From contig CDROCS010000253.1 in NCBI GenBank assembly GCA_977020255.1, forward strand, positions 3,782,001-3,846,000: DNA of 64,000 nucleotides. Reading direction: 5' to 3'. How positions within the stretch are numbered: the stretch's first letter is position 1; each line of letters opens with the position of its first letter. Source of the stretch: Obrimoposthia wandeli. Taxonomy: Eukaryota. Below are positions 30,339 to 41,064 of this stretch, piece after piece. The notes beneath the pieces were generated by a model, which saw only the letters and a program-made list of their open reading frames with translations, was not told the DNA's origin and did not search any database. The translations under genes and the position numbers were made by a program.

Positions 30339-30968
30339 TTAGCTTAGCGTCGCTTCACTAATGAAGCCCTGCTCAATTAAGTAACTGACAATTTGTTCTG
30401 CACATTGCTCAATAGATTGCTCTGCTGTTTTCACATGAATTTGCGGCGAATCCGGCACATCGTACGTAGAGTCAATACCGGTAAAGTCTTTTATCTCACC
30501 CGCTCGCGCTTTTTTATATAGCCCTTTAGGATCACGCTGCTCACACACGCTGATAGGCGTATCAATAAATACTTCAATAAACTCGCCCTCTTCAAGCTTG
30601 GCTTTTGCTAACGCTCTATCACTGGCAAAAGGGGAAATAAACGCGGTTGACACAATCAGACCTGCATCAAGAAATAACTTGGCAACTTCTGAAATACGAC
30701 GAATATTTTCAATGCGTGCTTCATCACTAAAACCTAAATCACCATTAAGACCGTGACGAACATTATCACCATCGAGTAAATAACTATGACAACCCAATTT
30801 AAACAACAAAGCATCCACGGCATTAGCTACAGTAGATTTACCTGAGCCACTTAAACCGGTATACCAGAGTAACGCAGGTTTTTGCTGTTTTAAATTAGCG
30901 CGTTGTGTCTTGCTAATTTGTTGGTTATGCCACACGGTATTTTCTGTTTTCATATTAGCTGTTGTCAT
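30339..30968 (-). CDS. cysC: adenylyl-sulfate kinase
   Basis: [44 protein letters not shown]. Confidence 0.97.
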   Translation of the reverse strand: MTTANMKTENTVWHNQQISKTQRANLKQQKPALLWYTGLSGSGKSTVANAVDALLFKLGCHSYLLDGDNVRHGLNGDLGFSDEARIENIRRISEVAKLFLDAGLIVSTAFISPFASDRALAKAKLEEGEFIEVFIDTPISVCEQRDPKGLYKKARAGEIKDFTGIDSTYDVPDSPQIHVKTAEQSIEQCAEQIVSYLIEQGFISEATLS

Positions 30969-31073
30969 TCTAGGTAAACTCTATATTGGAGTGTAATCAA
31001 GGTCATTAATTAGTTAGTTTCATTAAGCTAAAAAAGTTAATAAAAATATTTAACAACCAAGTTAACAGGAAAA

Positions 31074-32816
31074 TTAAAACGGATAAACAATGGGAATTAC
31101 CAAAATTACCGTTACGCTATAAATTAGTGAAATAGGTAAACCAAAACGAACAAAATCTTTTAATTGGTAATTACCCGCGTTATACACCATGACATTAGTT
31201 TGGTAACCATAAGGGCTGATAAAACTACCACTTGCAGCAAAGGCTACCGCCATCACAAAGGGAGTTGGGTCTACGCCAAGCCCTAAGGCAATATTATAAG
31301 CAATAGGAAAGGCTAATGCTGCTGCAGCGCTATTGGTAATCAACTCAGTCATTATCAGCGTTAAAAGAAAGATACTAACAAAAGCGATATAGATACTTTG
31401 ACCGTGTAAAAACCCTTCAATATTTTGCGCCAACATAACGGCAATGCCGGTATTTTCAATGGCTGAAGCTAACGTTAATGCACCTAATACAATCATCCAA
31501 ATTTCTAAGGGAAAACGGCGTTTTATTTCATTCACTGAGAGTGAATCACTGAAAATTAAAAAAGCTAAGTAGATAAATAAACAACTAAGTAAAGGCAATG
31601 GCGTAAAAACGGATACTAGAATACTGGCGATAAACCCCCAAACAGTGGTGTAATCACGCCAACCACTAAGCATATTGTCAGCCTGATGGCCTGATAATAT
31701 GTAAAAGTTTTTAGATAAATTAGGTCTAGTAGCAAAATCTTGCCCTACCGCTAACACCAGAAAATCACCCGGTTGCAGTACGATATCACCCAACTTGCCC
31801 GATAATGCACTGCCTTCTCGGCGAACCGCAACAACAGCTGCATCAAAACGCGCTCGAAAGCCGGCTTTTTTTAAGGTTTTTCCCGCGATAGTTGAATCGG
31901 ATTTAACCAGTACTTCGGTTAAATTATCCCGTAATAAATTATCTCGGAGTAAATTACCTTGCTCCGCATATAAATTCAAACCATCAAACTGCTGCAATGT
32001 CAGAACTTTTGAAATATCACCACTAAAGATGAGTTTATCTTGAGCTTGTACGCATTCTTCTGGGCACACTGGTGAAATTAATCGCCCCTGACGTACTATT
32101 TCAACGAGGAATAAAGAGTCTAAATTCCTCAGACCATTTTCTTCAATACTTTTACCAATTAAAGTAGAAGCTTTTGCTACCTCGGCTTCGAGCAAATAAT
32201 CATTTGTTGCTAAATCATCATCCACTAAGTTAGGTAAAGTTCTGCTACGCACTAAAATAACAAATAAACATAAAACAAAAGCGGCTAGACCAATTAAAGT
32301 AAAATCAAAAAATCCAAAACCTTGATGGCCCTGTTTAATCAATAAGCTGTTTACAATAAGGTTAGTAGAAGTGCCTACTAACGTCAGCGTTCCCCCTAAG
32401 ATTGCAGCATATGATAACGGTAATAAAAGCTTGCCGGGATTAATGAGTTTATTTTTTTTCACTGTATTAATGAGTGTTGCCACCACCGCGGTGTTACTCA
32501 TAAGCGCTGAGGCCAAGGCAGTACCGAGTAATAATCGTAAGGTCGACTTTACTTTTGAGCCGTTAAAAACACTGGCAGATAAGCGTCGTAAAATACTGGT
32601 TCGTTCAAAAGCAAAAGAACACAACACCAGTAAAACAAGAGTGACAAGACCTGGATTAACGGCATTTGTTAAAATGTCATCAACGCTGACAAACGACAGC
32701 GCCAAACACAACAATACCGTCACAGAGAAAACGCGTTCTGGTACTTGGCTGTATTTAACTAAGCTGATAAAAGTGGCAACAAACACACCTATCATCAACC
32801 ACTGTTCAATTGTCAT
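31074..32816 (-). CDS. SLC13/CitT-family permease with TrkA-C domains (putative sulfate transporter)
   Basis: SNTAVVA, LGGTLTLVGTSTNL, central RCK_C repeats, TELITNSAAAAL, SPYGYQTN. ATG at 32816 is preferred. Confidence 0.88.
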   Translation of the reverse strand: MTIEQWLMIGVFVATFISLVKYSQVPERVFSVTVLLCLALSFVSVDDILTNAVNPGLVTLVLLVLCSFAFERTSILRRLSASVFNGSKVKSTLRLLLGTALASALMSNTAVVATLINTVKKNKLINPGKLLLPLSYAAILGGTLTLVGTSTNLIVNSLLIKQGHQGFGFFDFTLIGLAAFVLCLFVILVRSRTLPNLVDDDLATNDYLLEAEVAKASTLIGKSIEENGLRNLDSLFLVEIVRQGRLISPVCPEECVQAQDKLIFSGDISKVLTLQQFDGLNLYAEQGNLLRDNLLRDNLTEVLVKSDSTIAGKTLKKAGFRARFDAAVVAVRREGSALSGKLGDIVLQPGDFLVLAVGQDFATRPNLSKNFYILSGHQADNMLSGWRDYTTVWGFIASILVSVFTPLPLLSCLFIYLAFLIFSDSLSVNEIKRRFPLEIWMIVLGALTLASAIENTGIAVMLAQNIEGFLHGQSIYIAFVSIFLLTLIMTELITNSAAAALAFPIAYNIALGLGVDPTPFVMAVAFAASGSFISPYGYQTNVMVYNAGNYQLKDFVRFGLPISLIYSVTVILVIPIVYPF

Positions 32817-32867
32817 TATGTTAAGTGTCCACAGGAATATATTCGTCATTTCCGAGGGATTTAATCG

Positions 32868-32916
32868 GACGTGACATGGATGTTACTTATTAGACAATGC
32901 AGGATGCATATTGTCC
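32868..32916. repeat. two-hairpin CATGGATG/AATGCAGG motif (third copy)
   Basis: GACGTGACATGGATGTTACTTATTAGACAATGCAGGATGCATATTGTCC aligns with 1773-1820 and 20041-20087. Confidence 0.7.
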
Positions 32917-33093
32917 TGGGTTCATATCAGTTAAGAGCATGGTTTCTTAATTGATAAAACTAATCATTCACCTTTAAACTGAAGTGTTCAAGTTAAAGAA
33001 AAAAGCACGTAGTTGACGTTAGTCAATGAGTACTTTTGACGTATAAATTGGACGCTACAGTAACAAGGTGAGTGGTTAGTAACTATTAAATAC

Positions 33094-34494
33094 TTACTTG
33101 GTTATGTCGCGTGCACCCCAGTGTGGGAACTGCTTGCGAACTAATGCATTCAACTCTAATTCAAACGACGAATACTCATGCGTTTTTTCATCAATAGCGT
33201 GGTTTATCATGCCCGCACCCACAGTGACATTACTTAATCTGTCGATGATAATGAAAGCGCCCGTGCCTTGATTGTCTTCATAAGCGTCAAAATGTAAGGT
33301 TTCGCCAGCAACAAAGTTAACGATACCGATATCGTTAACCGCTAGCTGTGAGCTAGGTAAACTTTCCATGGTGTTAACGTCATACTTGCTAACAATGCTT
33401 TGCGCATGACCTGTGGTCATTTTGCTACCGTGTTTGATAAAGTACTCACGACCCGGCTCAAGTTCATTCTCATGCATCCATACTACGGTTGCACTGAACT
33501 CTTTGGCTGATACAGGTAAACAGCCTTTTTTAACAATAATTTCGCCGCGACTGATATCAATTTCATCTTCAAGGGTTAGCGTTACCGCCATACCTTTATC
33601 AGCACGTTCTAAATTACCATCATAAGTGACGATTTCTTTTACCACACTTTCTTTGCCTGATGGCAACGCAACAATGGTATCGCCAACGAGTACATGACCT
33701 GAAGCAATAGTGCCGGCAAAACCACGGAAATCGAGATTAGGTCGGTTAACATATTGCACTTGGAAACGCAGTTGGGTGAATTCTTCTTGTTTCTTCACGT
33801 CAATAGTATTAAGTAGCTTCATTAACGTAGCCCCTGGATACCAAGGCATGTTTACGCTTTCGTCTACCACGTTATCGCCATTAAGCGCTGACAGAGGTAC
33901 AAAACGCACATCACTAAACGTTAACGATTCGGCAAATTCACGGTATTCTTTTTTGATTTCTTGGTAGCGCTCTTGCGAGTAATCAACCAAATCCATTTTG
34001 TTTACCGCAACAACAATGTTCTTAATACCTAATAACGAACAAATAAACGAGTGACGACGCGTTTGTGTTTGCACGCCATAACGCGCATCAATCAGGATAA
34101 TGGCAATATCACAAGTTGAAGCACCGGTAGCCATGTTACGGGTATATTGTTCATGGCCTGGGGTGTCGGCAATAATAAACTTACGCTTATCGGTTGAGAA
34201 GTAACGATAAGCAACATCAATAGTGATGCCTTGCTCACGTTCAGACTGTAAACCATCAACAAGCAGTGCTAAATCGATTGCTTCACCTGTTGTACCTGAT
34301 TTTTTAGAATCTTTTTCAATCGCAGCAAGCTGATCTTCAAAAATCATTTTTGAGTCATGCAATAAACGACCAATTAAGGTACTTTTGCCATCATCTACGC
34401 TACCGCACGTTAAAAAACGTACTAGTTCTTTGTTTTCATGTTGCTTTAAATAAGCTTGAATATCGTCTTCAATTAACTCTGACTGGTGACTCAT
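33094..34494 (-). CDS. cysN: sulfate adenylyltransferase subunit 1
   Basis: [42 protein letters not shown]. Confidence 0.97.
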   Translation of the reverse strand: MSHQSELIEDDIQAYLKQHENKELVRFLTCGSVDDGKSTLIGRLLHDSKMIFEDQLAAIEKDSKKSGTTGEAIDLALLVDGLQSEREQGITIDVAYRYFSTDKRKFIIADTPGHEQYTRNMATGASTCDIAIILIDARYGVQTQTRRHSFICSLLGIKNIVVAVNKMDLVDYSQERYQEIKKEYREFAESLTFSDVRFVPLSALNGDNVVDESVNMPWYPGATLMKLLNTIDVKKQEEFTQLRFQVQYVNRPNLDFRGFAGTIASGHVLVGDTIVALPSGKESVVKEIVTYDGNLERADKGMAVTLTLEDEIDISRGEIIVKKGCLPVSAKEFSATVVWMHENELEPGREYFIKHGSKMTTGHAQSIVSKYDVNTMESLPSSQLAVNDIGIVNFVAGETLHFDAYEDNQGTGAFIIIDRLSNVTVGAGMINHAIDEKTHEYSSFELELNALVRKQFPHWGARDITK

Positions 34495-34566
34495 AAGGTT
34501 TTCCTTCGGAAATTTTTTATCAAATAAAAGTGCTATAAAGTAAAAGTGGGGCTTAGCTGTTAATAC

Positions 34567-35466
34567 TTAAAAGTAACCTTCCATCTTTTTCTTTTCCATC
34601 GAGCCAGCGCTATCGTGATCTATCACGCGCCCTTGACGTTCAGAGGTTTTCGTTAATAGCATTTCTTGAATAATTTCAGGTAAGGTATTCGCCGTTGACT
34701 CAACCGCGCCCGTTAATGGATAACAGCCTAAGGTTCTAAAGCGTACACTCTTCATTTGTACTTCTTCATCGTCACCAATGGGCATACGATCATCATCAAC
34801 CATGATCAAGGTACCATCACGCTCAACAACAGGACGTTTTTCAGCTAAGTAAAGCGGCACAATTGGAATACTTTCTAAGTAGATGTACTGCCAAATATCA
34901 AGTTCAGTCCAGTTCGATAATGGGAAAACACGAATGCTTTCGCCTTTATTTACTTTACCGTTATAAATATTCCACAATTCTGGACGTTGACTTTTTGGAT
35001 CCCAACGATGGTTTTCATCACGGAATGAATAGACACGTTCTTTCGCACGTGATTTTTCTTCATCACGACGTGCGCCACCAAAAGCAGCATCAAAACCGTA
35101 TTTGTTTAATGCTTGTTTTAAGCCTTGAGTTTTCATAACATCAGTATGCGTAGCACTACCGTGAGTAAATGGACCAATGCCCATTTCAATGCCTTCTGGA
35201 TTTTTATGTACTAGCAACTCAAAATCGTAGTCTTTAGCCATTTGATCACGAAAGGCAATCATCTCTTTAAATTTCCAATCCGTATCAACATGCAATAACG
35301 GGAAAGGAATTTTACCTGGTGCAAAGGCTTTGCGAGCTAAATGTAGTAATACGGCCGAGTCTTTACCGACAGAATACAACATCACGGGATTATCAAATTC
35401 AGCCGCTACCTCACGAAAAATATGGATAGATTCGGCTTCAAGTGTTTTTAAATGGGTTAAATTCAT
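34567..35466 (-). CDS. cysD: sulfate adenylyltransferase subunit 2
   Basis: [41 protein letters not shown]. Confidence 0.97.
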   Translation of the reverse strand: MNLTHLKTLEAESIHIFREVAAEFDNPVMLYSVGKDSAVLLHLARKAFAPGKIPFPLLHVDTDWKFKEMIAFRDQMAKDYDFELLVHKNPEGIEMGIGPFTHGSATHTDVMKTQGLKQALNKYGFDAAFGGARRDEEKSRAKERVYSFRDENHRWDPKSQRPELWNIYNGKVNKGESIRVFPLSNWTELDIWQYIYLESIPIVPLYLAEKRPVVERDGTLIMVDDDRMPIGDDEEVQMKSVRFRTLGCYPLTGAVESTANTLPEIIQEMLLTKTSERQGRVIDHDSAGSMEKKKMEGYF

Positions 35467-35760
35467 TGCTAATACAAACTTTATGAAAAATTAATATCCA
35501 TATAATGCCATAAATAGATATATTTTCTATATAAGAAACGCATTCAATATAACTAAAAGTAATATAGTGGTTCAAGGTAATGCTGTTATTGGGGTATCAA
35601 AGCTTGGTTTAGCTGAAAGGTTAGCGCCGAAAAAATAAGTGCTTACGATATCCGTGACCAATTAAAGTACTGAATTTTTGTCGGGATTAAAATTACTTTA
35701 GACAAGGAAAATAAGTTCAATCTGGTTATTCTATGCTTTGATTATTTAACGCCTATAAAC

Positions 35761-35786
35761 AAAAAGCCAGCATGGCGCTGACTTTT
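35761..35786 (-). terminator. probable comEA terminator
   Basis: AAAAGCCAGC-ATGGC-GCTGACTTTT hairpin 17 bp beyond the stop. Confidence 0.55.
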
Positions 35787-35802
35787 ACATAATGGACCAA
35801 GT

Positions 35803-36141
35803 CTAAATACTTAATCTCACCTTGTTTTGATTAACAATCTTTTCACCAATACCACTAACTTTGGTGAGTTCATTAATTGATTTGAAACCACCAACTTGTT
35901 GACGGTAAGTAATAATGGCTTGAGCTTTAGTATTACCAATGCCCTTTAAGGTGATCAACTGTTCAAATGTTGATTTATTCAGGTTAACTATTTGTTGTTT
36001 TTCTGCTTGTACACTTTGCCCTTGTGCAGCTTGAGCAACACTAGCCTCTTTAGCAAGACCTAATGAAGAGTTAACAAGTAAAATAATGCCTAAAGTTAAA
36101 ACTGAAAGGTTTTTTTTGAGGTGTTTTGACTGAATATTCAT
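35803..36141 (-). CDS. comEA: competence DNA-binding protein (helix-hairpin-helix)
   Basis: Signal peptide; VNLNKSTFEQL..LKGIG..KAQAII.YR...GGF.SINEL..VSGIG. Confidence 0.88.
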   Translation of the reverse strand: MNIQSKHLKKNLSVLTLGIILLVNSSLGLAKEASVAQAAQGQSVQAEKQQIVNLNKSTFEQLITLKGIGNTKAQAIITYRQQVGGFKSINELTKVSGIGEKIVNQNKVRLSI

Positions 36142-36160
36142 CTTTAATTCCTTGTAAATT

Positions 36161-36321
36161 TATACCAATCACACTAATTAATTGCCCACCTTAAATGGTC
36201 TACCTCTACAATTTCTGCGTTGCGCTCAATCCCAATAGCCAGCTATTGCTCAATCACGCGCCTTGAATTTGAAGAGGTATCCTCATTGAATGTTGATCAC
36301 TAACTTAATGTAAATGGTATT
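36161..36321. repeat. TATACC-terminated palindromic intergenic element (about 160 bp)
   Basis: Ends TATACCAATCACACTAAT and CTTAATGTAAATGGTATT; long internal stem TACCTCT...CAATAGC/GCTATTG...AGAGGTA. Confidence 0.7.
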
Positions 36322-36489
36322 ATCCATTAAAAAAAACAACTGAATAGCGTCTAATAAAAAACCTAGTAGCAACTGAACAGTCATTACTAGGTTTAGATGG
36401 ATAACTGACAAAACACAAGTCAATAACACTTTTATTGACTTGTTCATTAAAGGCTAATAATGAGTAAAGTATGACTATTTATTGTTAAA

Positions 36490-37014
36490 TTATTGCCAAA
36501 TAATCTTTGCTAGCTGTTGCTCACCTTCCGCTAAATTCATTTTGATAATTTTATTATTTTCACCAACGGTGATCAAGCGAGGAATACCACCCGAAGCAAA
36601 ACGTTTATAAATACTACGATCATTATCAACAGCTAATGTTACCTTGATGCCACGCTTATTACGCCAAACAGTGACAGTTTCTACATCTTCTTCACGAGCA
36701 ATGGCAATTATTTCAATATCATCACTCTCAAGTAAAGGAGAGTTGTTTAAAGCATTAAGTAGCCGATTAGAATCATGACACCAAGTAGCAAACAAAATAA
36801 CCAATTTCCGTTTTCCTAATTGCTGTAAATCCAGCACCTCACCATCAATAGTGGTAATAGTTTCAATGGGCAATAAATCCCCCGAACTCACGTATTCATC
36901 ATGAACAACAGCATGCGATTGCTTTAATGGCAACGCCTGACAAGCAGACAAAATAACCGCTAAACTAACGGTAAAAAATAAACGTTTTAATTTACTCTCA
37001 GTGGTTTTAACCAT
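36490..37014 (-). CDS. TlpA/redoxin-like lipoprotein with a CxxS active site
   Basis: Lipobox ILSAC; LFATWCHDS; IAIARE; GGIPRLI (cis-Pro region). Confidence 0.8.
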   Translation of the reverse strand: MVKTTESKLKRLFFTVSLAVILSACQALPLKQSHAVVHDEYVSSGDLLPIETITTIDGEVLDLQQLGKRKLVILFATWCHDSNRLLNALNNSPLLESDDIEIIAIAREEDVETVTVWRNKRGIKVTLAVDNDRSIYKRFASGGIPRLITVGENNKIIKMNLAEGEQQLAKIIWQ

Positions 37015-37250
37015 GAAAAATATCCCTAAATAAATTGAATTTTATGAACTAACCTAGACTCGACTTGATAAACATTTCAATACTTTTACAATTCATTAAA
37101 CAGAGTTCAGGTTTACTAGCGAGTATTTAACCCTAAATCCAACTATTTTCCAACAAACAAAACAAAAGTACGTATCTACTAGCGCTTTTGGCATAGCTTA
37201 ATTAGAATAGCTGTCATTATTATTGTAATTATAATTAGTGTAAGGAAATC

Positions 37251-40200
37251 ATGAGCAAAGCAAGCAGCCTGTTGACCCCGATATTGGCCAAGCGCCGTGG
37301 CAAAAATCCTGATAAGAAGAGTTGGCATAATTTACCTGGCAGCAGCAGCAGCTTTGCCCTTTATCAAGCGGCGAAAACAGCGCAAACGCCGATATTATTG
37401 ATTACTAATAATACTCCTCAAGCGTTAAAAATTGAGCAAGAGTTACTCAGTTTAGCAAAAAGTGATCGCCATAATCAGGCTAATATTTGCTTATTTCCCG
37501 ATTGGGAAACACTACCGTATGATAATTTTTCACCTCACCAAGACATTATCTCTCAACGACTTGCTACCTTGTACCATTTGTCGCGTATGGAGTCTGGCAT
37601 TATCATTGTGCCAGTAACCACCCTGGTACAAAAGCTAGCACCTAAACAATACATTGAAGCAAACAGCTTAATAATAAAAACAGGTGATAAAAGAGATTTA
37701 CATCAAATGCGACAGGCCTTGGAAGCAAACGGCTATCGTAATGTTGATCAAGTACTCGAACATGGTGAATTTTCTGCTCGAGGCGCCATTTTAGATCTTT
37801 TCCCTATGGGAAGTAGTAAGCCATTTCGGTTAGATTTCTTTGATGATGAAATTGATGAAATAAGACTTTTTGATCCCGAAAGCCAGCGTTCAAAAGAAAA
37901 GATTGATGAAATTAATTTACTACCCGCGCACGAATTTCCCATTGATGAAGCGGGTATCAACTTATTTCGTAGCCAATTTCGTGAACAATTTCAGGGTAAT
38001 ATTCATAAAGAATCTGTTTATCATCAAGTCAGCAATGGCATATTACCGCCTGGTATCGAGTATTACCTACCACTTTTTTTTGAGAACAATGCTGATAAAA
38101 ATTCTGATAACAAACAAGACACTGAGAAGAGTGCAGCAACGCTAAGTAATACCCTGTGTGATTATTTAACCGATAATACGCTAGTCGTTATTAGCGGTGA
38201 TATTGAACACTCTTTAACGCAATACTGGCTTGATATAGAGTATCGTTATGAAAATAGACGTTACGACCCTACTAGGCCATTATTACCGCCAGAACAGCTG
38301 TTTTTAACCGCTGATACGCTTTACAGCGCATTAAAGCCGTTTGATCGTATCACCATTGCCAAGCCAACCTCAACAGAGCAGAGCCGGACGCAAAGTGATG
38401 TCAATCAAACTGGTGAAGATATTCTTATCACAGAGAATGTTGATGAAAGTGTTGAGGTAAAAAGCAAAAGTAGCGAAATATATTTTGATGTTAAACCGCT
38501 GCCCGATTTAACCATTAACCATAAATTGAAGCAGCCGTTCGAATTAATCAATCAATTCATCGCCAACAAAAATACTCCCAACAAAGTACTTTTTGTTGCA
38601 CAAAGCCAAGGTCGCCGAGAAAGCGTGCTTGAGCTGCTTGAACGTGACAATATCAAACCGGCACAATTTGATAACATCGACGATTTTATCAATGCAGCAG
38701 ATACCCTTGGTATTACCGTAAATAGCTTAACACAAGGTTTTTCCTTTCAAGCAAAAGGTAATAGCCAGAAAAATGCTATTGCACTGGTTACTGAAGCCGA
38801 ATTATTAGGTGATCATGTATCACAAGCAAGACGACGTACTAAAGCGCAAGATTTACAAGCTGATGCCTTATTTAAAAACCTTGCTGAGTTAACCATTGGC
38901 CAACCTGTTGTTCATATAGAACATGGTATTGGTCGGTATTTAGGTCTGCAAACGATTGAAAATGGCGGCATAGTTACCGAATTCCTCGTACTGAGTTATG
39001 CGAACGAAGCCAAACTTTATGTACCGGTAAGCTCTTTACATTTAATCGGTCGATATTCCGGCGCTGATAGTGACCATGCGCCACTGCATAAATTGGGCAA
39101 TGATACCTGGAGTAAAGCTAAGCAGAAAGCGGCAGAGAAAGTCCGTGACGTTGCCGCCGAATTACTTGATATTTACGCAAAACGCGCCAGTAATCATGGT
39201 TATAGTTTCAAACGTGACAAACAAGACTACCAAGCTTTTAGTGACAGTTTTGGTTTTGAAGAAACCTTCGATCAAAAACAAGCCATTAATGCCGTAGTAA
39301 GCGATATGATGTCACCTAAAACTATGGACAGACTTGTCTGTGGTGATGTTGGTTTTGGTAAAACCGAAGTGGCTATGCGTGCTGCCTTTGTGGCGGTAAA
39401 TGATGGCAAACAAGTCGCCATACTTGTGCCTACCACATTGCTAGCTCAACAACATTATGAAAACTTTAGGGATAGATTTGCCAACTGGCCGGTAGTCACT
39501 GAAGTATTATCACGCTTTAAAACACCTAAAGAACAAAAAGAAGTTATCGCTAGAGTTGAGTCTGGCAAAGTTGACATCCTCATTGGTACCCATAAATTAC
39601 TACAAAATAGCATAAAATATAAAGACTTAGGCTTACTGGTTGTTGATGAAGAACACCGATTTGGTGTCAAACAAAAAGAAAAGATCAAACAATTGCGTAG
39701 CAATGTTGATATTTTAACATTAACCGCAACGCCTATTCCACGTACCTTGAATATGGCCATGGGCGGTATGCGTGATTTATCTATTATTGCCACGCCGCCA
39801 GCCAAACGCCTAGCGGTTAAAACCTTTGTCCGCGAGCACGATGAAGCGTTAATCAGAGAAGCTATTTTGCGTGAAACCTTACGTGGTGGTCAGGTATATT
39901 ACTTACATAACCATGTTGATACCATTGATAAAACAGCCGCAGACATTCAAAAATTAGTGCCTGAAGCGCGTGTCATCACCGCCCATGGACAAATGCGCGA
40001 ACGTGAGCTTGAGCGCATCATGAGTGATTTTTATCATCAACGCTTTAACGTCATTGTTTGTACCACTATTATTGAAACAGGTATCGATGTACCCAGTGCC
40101 AATACAATAATTATGGATAGAGCTGACCATCTTGGTTTAGCACAGTTACACCAACTTCGTGGTCGTGTTGGTCGCTCACATCATCAAGCTTATGCTTATC

Positions 40201-40895
40201 TGTTAACGCCCCATGCAAAACGTATCACTAAAGATGCTAAGAAACGTTTAGAGGCTATTGCCTCACTGGAAGATTTAGGCGCAGGTTTTACTCTAGCTAC
40301 CCATGATTTGGAAATTCGTGGCGCGGGTGAGTTGTTAGGTGAAGATCAAAGTGGCTCAATGTGCCAAGTCGGTTTTAGCTTGTATATGGAAATGCTCGAT
40401 CAAGCTGTGGCAGCCCTTAAAGAAGGTAAACAACTGTCATTAGATCAAGTTATGTCTGCACAAACTGAAATTGAGTTACGTGTACCTGCACTGCTACCAG
40501 ATGATTATATTTTTGACGTTAGCCTACGCTTAAGCTTGTATAAACGTATTGCCAGCTGTAAAAACAAAAATGAGTTAGATGATATTCAAGTTGAACTCAT
40601 TGACCGTTTTGGCTTACTGCCTCAACCAAGTAAAAATTTAGTTCAAATTGCCAAGCTACGCCTTAAAGCACAGACCATTGGTATATCACGTATTGAGGCG
40701 AGTGCCACTGGCGGGTCCATTGAATTTAGTAATGATACTAGCGTTGATCCTATGCTAATTATTGGCTTAATTCAAAAAAATCCAGCGGTGTATAGTATGG
40801 CTGGAGCAAGTAAGTTAAAGTTTGTCAAAGCCAATGACGATACTCAAAAACGCTTTACCTTAATTGCTAATATCTTAAATGACTTAGCCAAATAG
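37251..40895 (+). CDS. mfd: transcription-repair coupling factor
   Basis: FPDWETLPYD, PVVHIEHGIGRY, CGDVGFGKTEVAMRA, VDEEHRFGV, TATPIPRT, QLRGRVGR. Confidence 0.98.
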   Translation: MSKASSLLTPILAKRRGKNPDKKSWHNLPGSSSSFALYQAAKTAQTPILLITNNTPQALKIEQELLSLAKSDRHNQANICLFPDWETLPYDNFSPHQDIISQRLATLYHLSRMESGIIIVPVTTLVQKLAPKQYIEANSLIIKTGDKRDLHQMRQALEANGYRNVDQVLEHGEFSARGAILDLFPMGSSKPFRLDFFDDEIDEIRLFDPESQRSKEKIDEINLLPAHEFPIDEAGINLFRSQFREQFQGNIHKESVYHQVSNGILPPGIEYYLPLFFENNADKNSDNKQDTEKSAATLSNTLCDYLTDNTLVVISGDIEHSLTQYWLDIEYRYENRRYDPTRPLLPPEQLFLTADTLYSALKPFDRITIAKPTSTEQSRTQSDVNQTGEDILITENVDESVEVKSKSSEIYFDVKPLPDLTINHKLKQPFELINQFIANKNTPNKVLFVAQSQGRRESVLELLERDNIKPAQFDNIDDFINAADTLGITVNSLTQGFSFQAKGNSQKNAIALVTEAELLGDHVSQARRRTKAQDLQADALFKNLAELTIGQPVVHIEHGIGRYLGLQTIENGGIVTEFLVLSYANEAKLYVPVSSLHLIGRYSGADSDHAPLHKLGNDTWSKAKQKAAEKVRDVAAELLDIYAKRASNHGYSFKRDKQDYQAFSDSFGFEETFDQKQAINAVVSDMMSPKTMDRLVCGDVGFGKTEVAMRAAFVAVNDGKQVAILVPTTLLAQQHYENFRDRFANWPVVTEVLSRFKTPKEQKEVIARVESGKVDILIGTHKLLQNSIKYKDLGLLVVDEEHRFGVKQKEKIKQLRSNVDILTLTATPIPRTLNMAMGGMRDLSIIATPPAKRLAVKTFVREHDEALIREAILRETLRGGQVYYLHNHVDTIDKTAADIQKLVPEARVITAHGQMRERELERIMSDFYHQRFNVIVCTTIIETGIDVPSANTIIMDRADHLGLAQLHQLRGRVGRSHHQAYAYLLTPHAKRITKDAKKRLEAIASLEDLGAGFTLATHDLEIRGAGELLGEDQSGSMCQVGFSLYMEMLDQAVAALKEGKQLSLDQVMSAQTEIELRVPALLPDDYIFDVSLRLSLYKRIASCKNKNELDDIQVELIDRFGLLPQPSKNLVQIAKLRLKAQTIGISRIEASATGGSIEFSNDTSVDPMLIIGLIQKNPAVYSMAGASKLKFVKANDDTQKRFTLIANILNDLAK

Positions 40896-40943
40896 TTACA
40901 ATCAAGATGCATACTTCAGAGTGCTTTGAATGGTAACGGGTAT
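40895..40943. repeat. internally deleted ERIC-like element touching the mfd stop
   Basis: GTTACAATCAAGATGCATACTTCAGAGTGCT matches the reverse complement of the right end of the 1594-1905 element and is fused to TTGAATGGTAACGGGTAT. Confidence 0.7.
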
Positions 40944-41064
40944 GATGGTAAACTTGGGCAAGTAACGTTTTCGCTAAACTTACTTTGCCCAAGCCTCTAA
41001 GCAGTTTTAAAATAAAATTAAGTTAGATCAACTGAATACTTTTATCTTAACATACGGATTTTTA

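Noticed and set aside
32371-32874. 167-aa + strand ORF
   Set aside because: Antisense shadow of the SLC13 permease transmembrane region.
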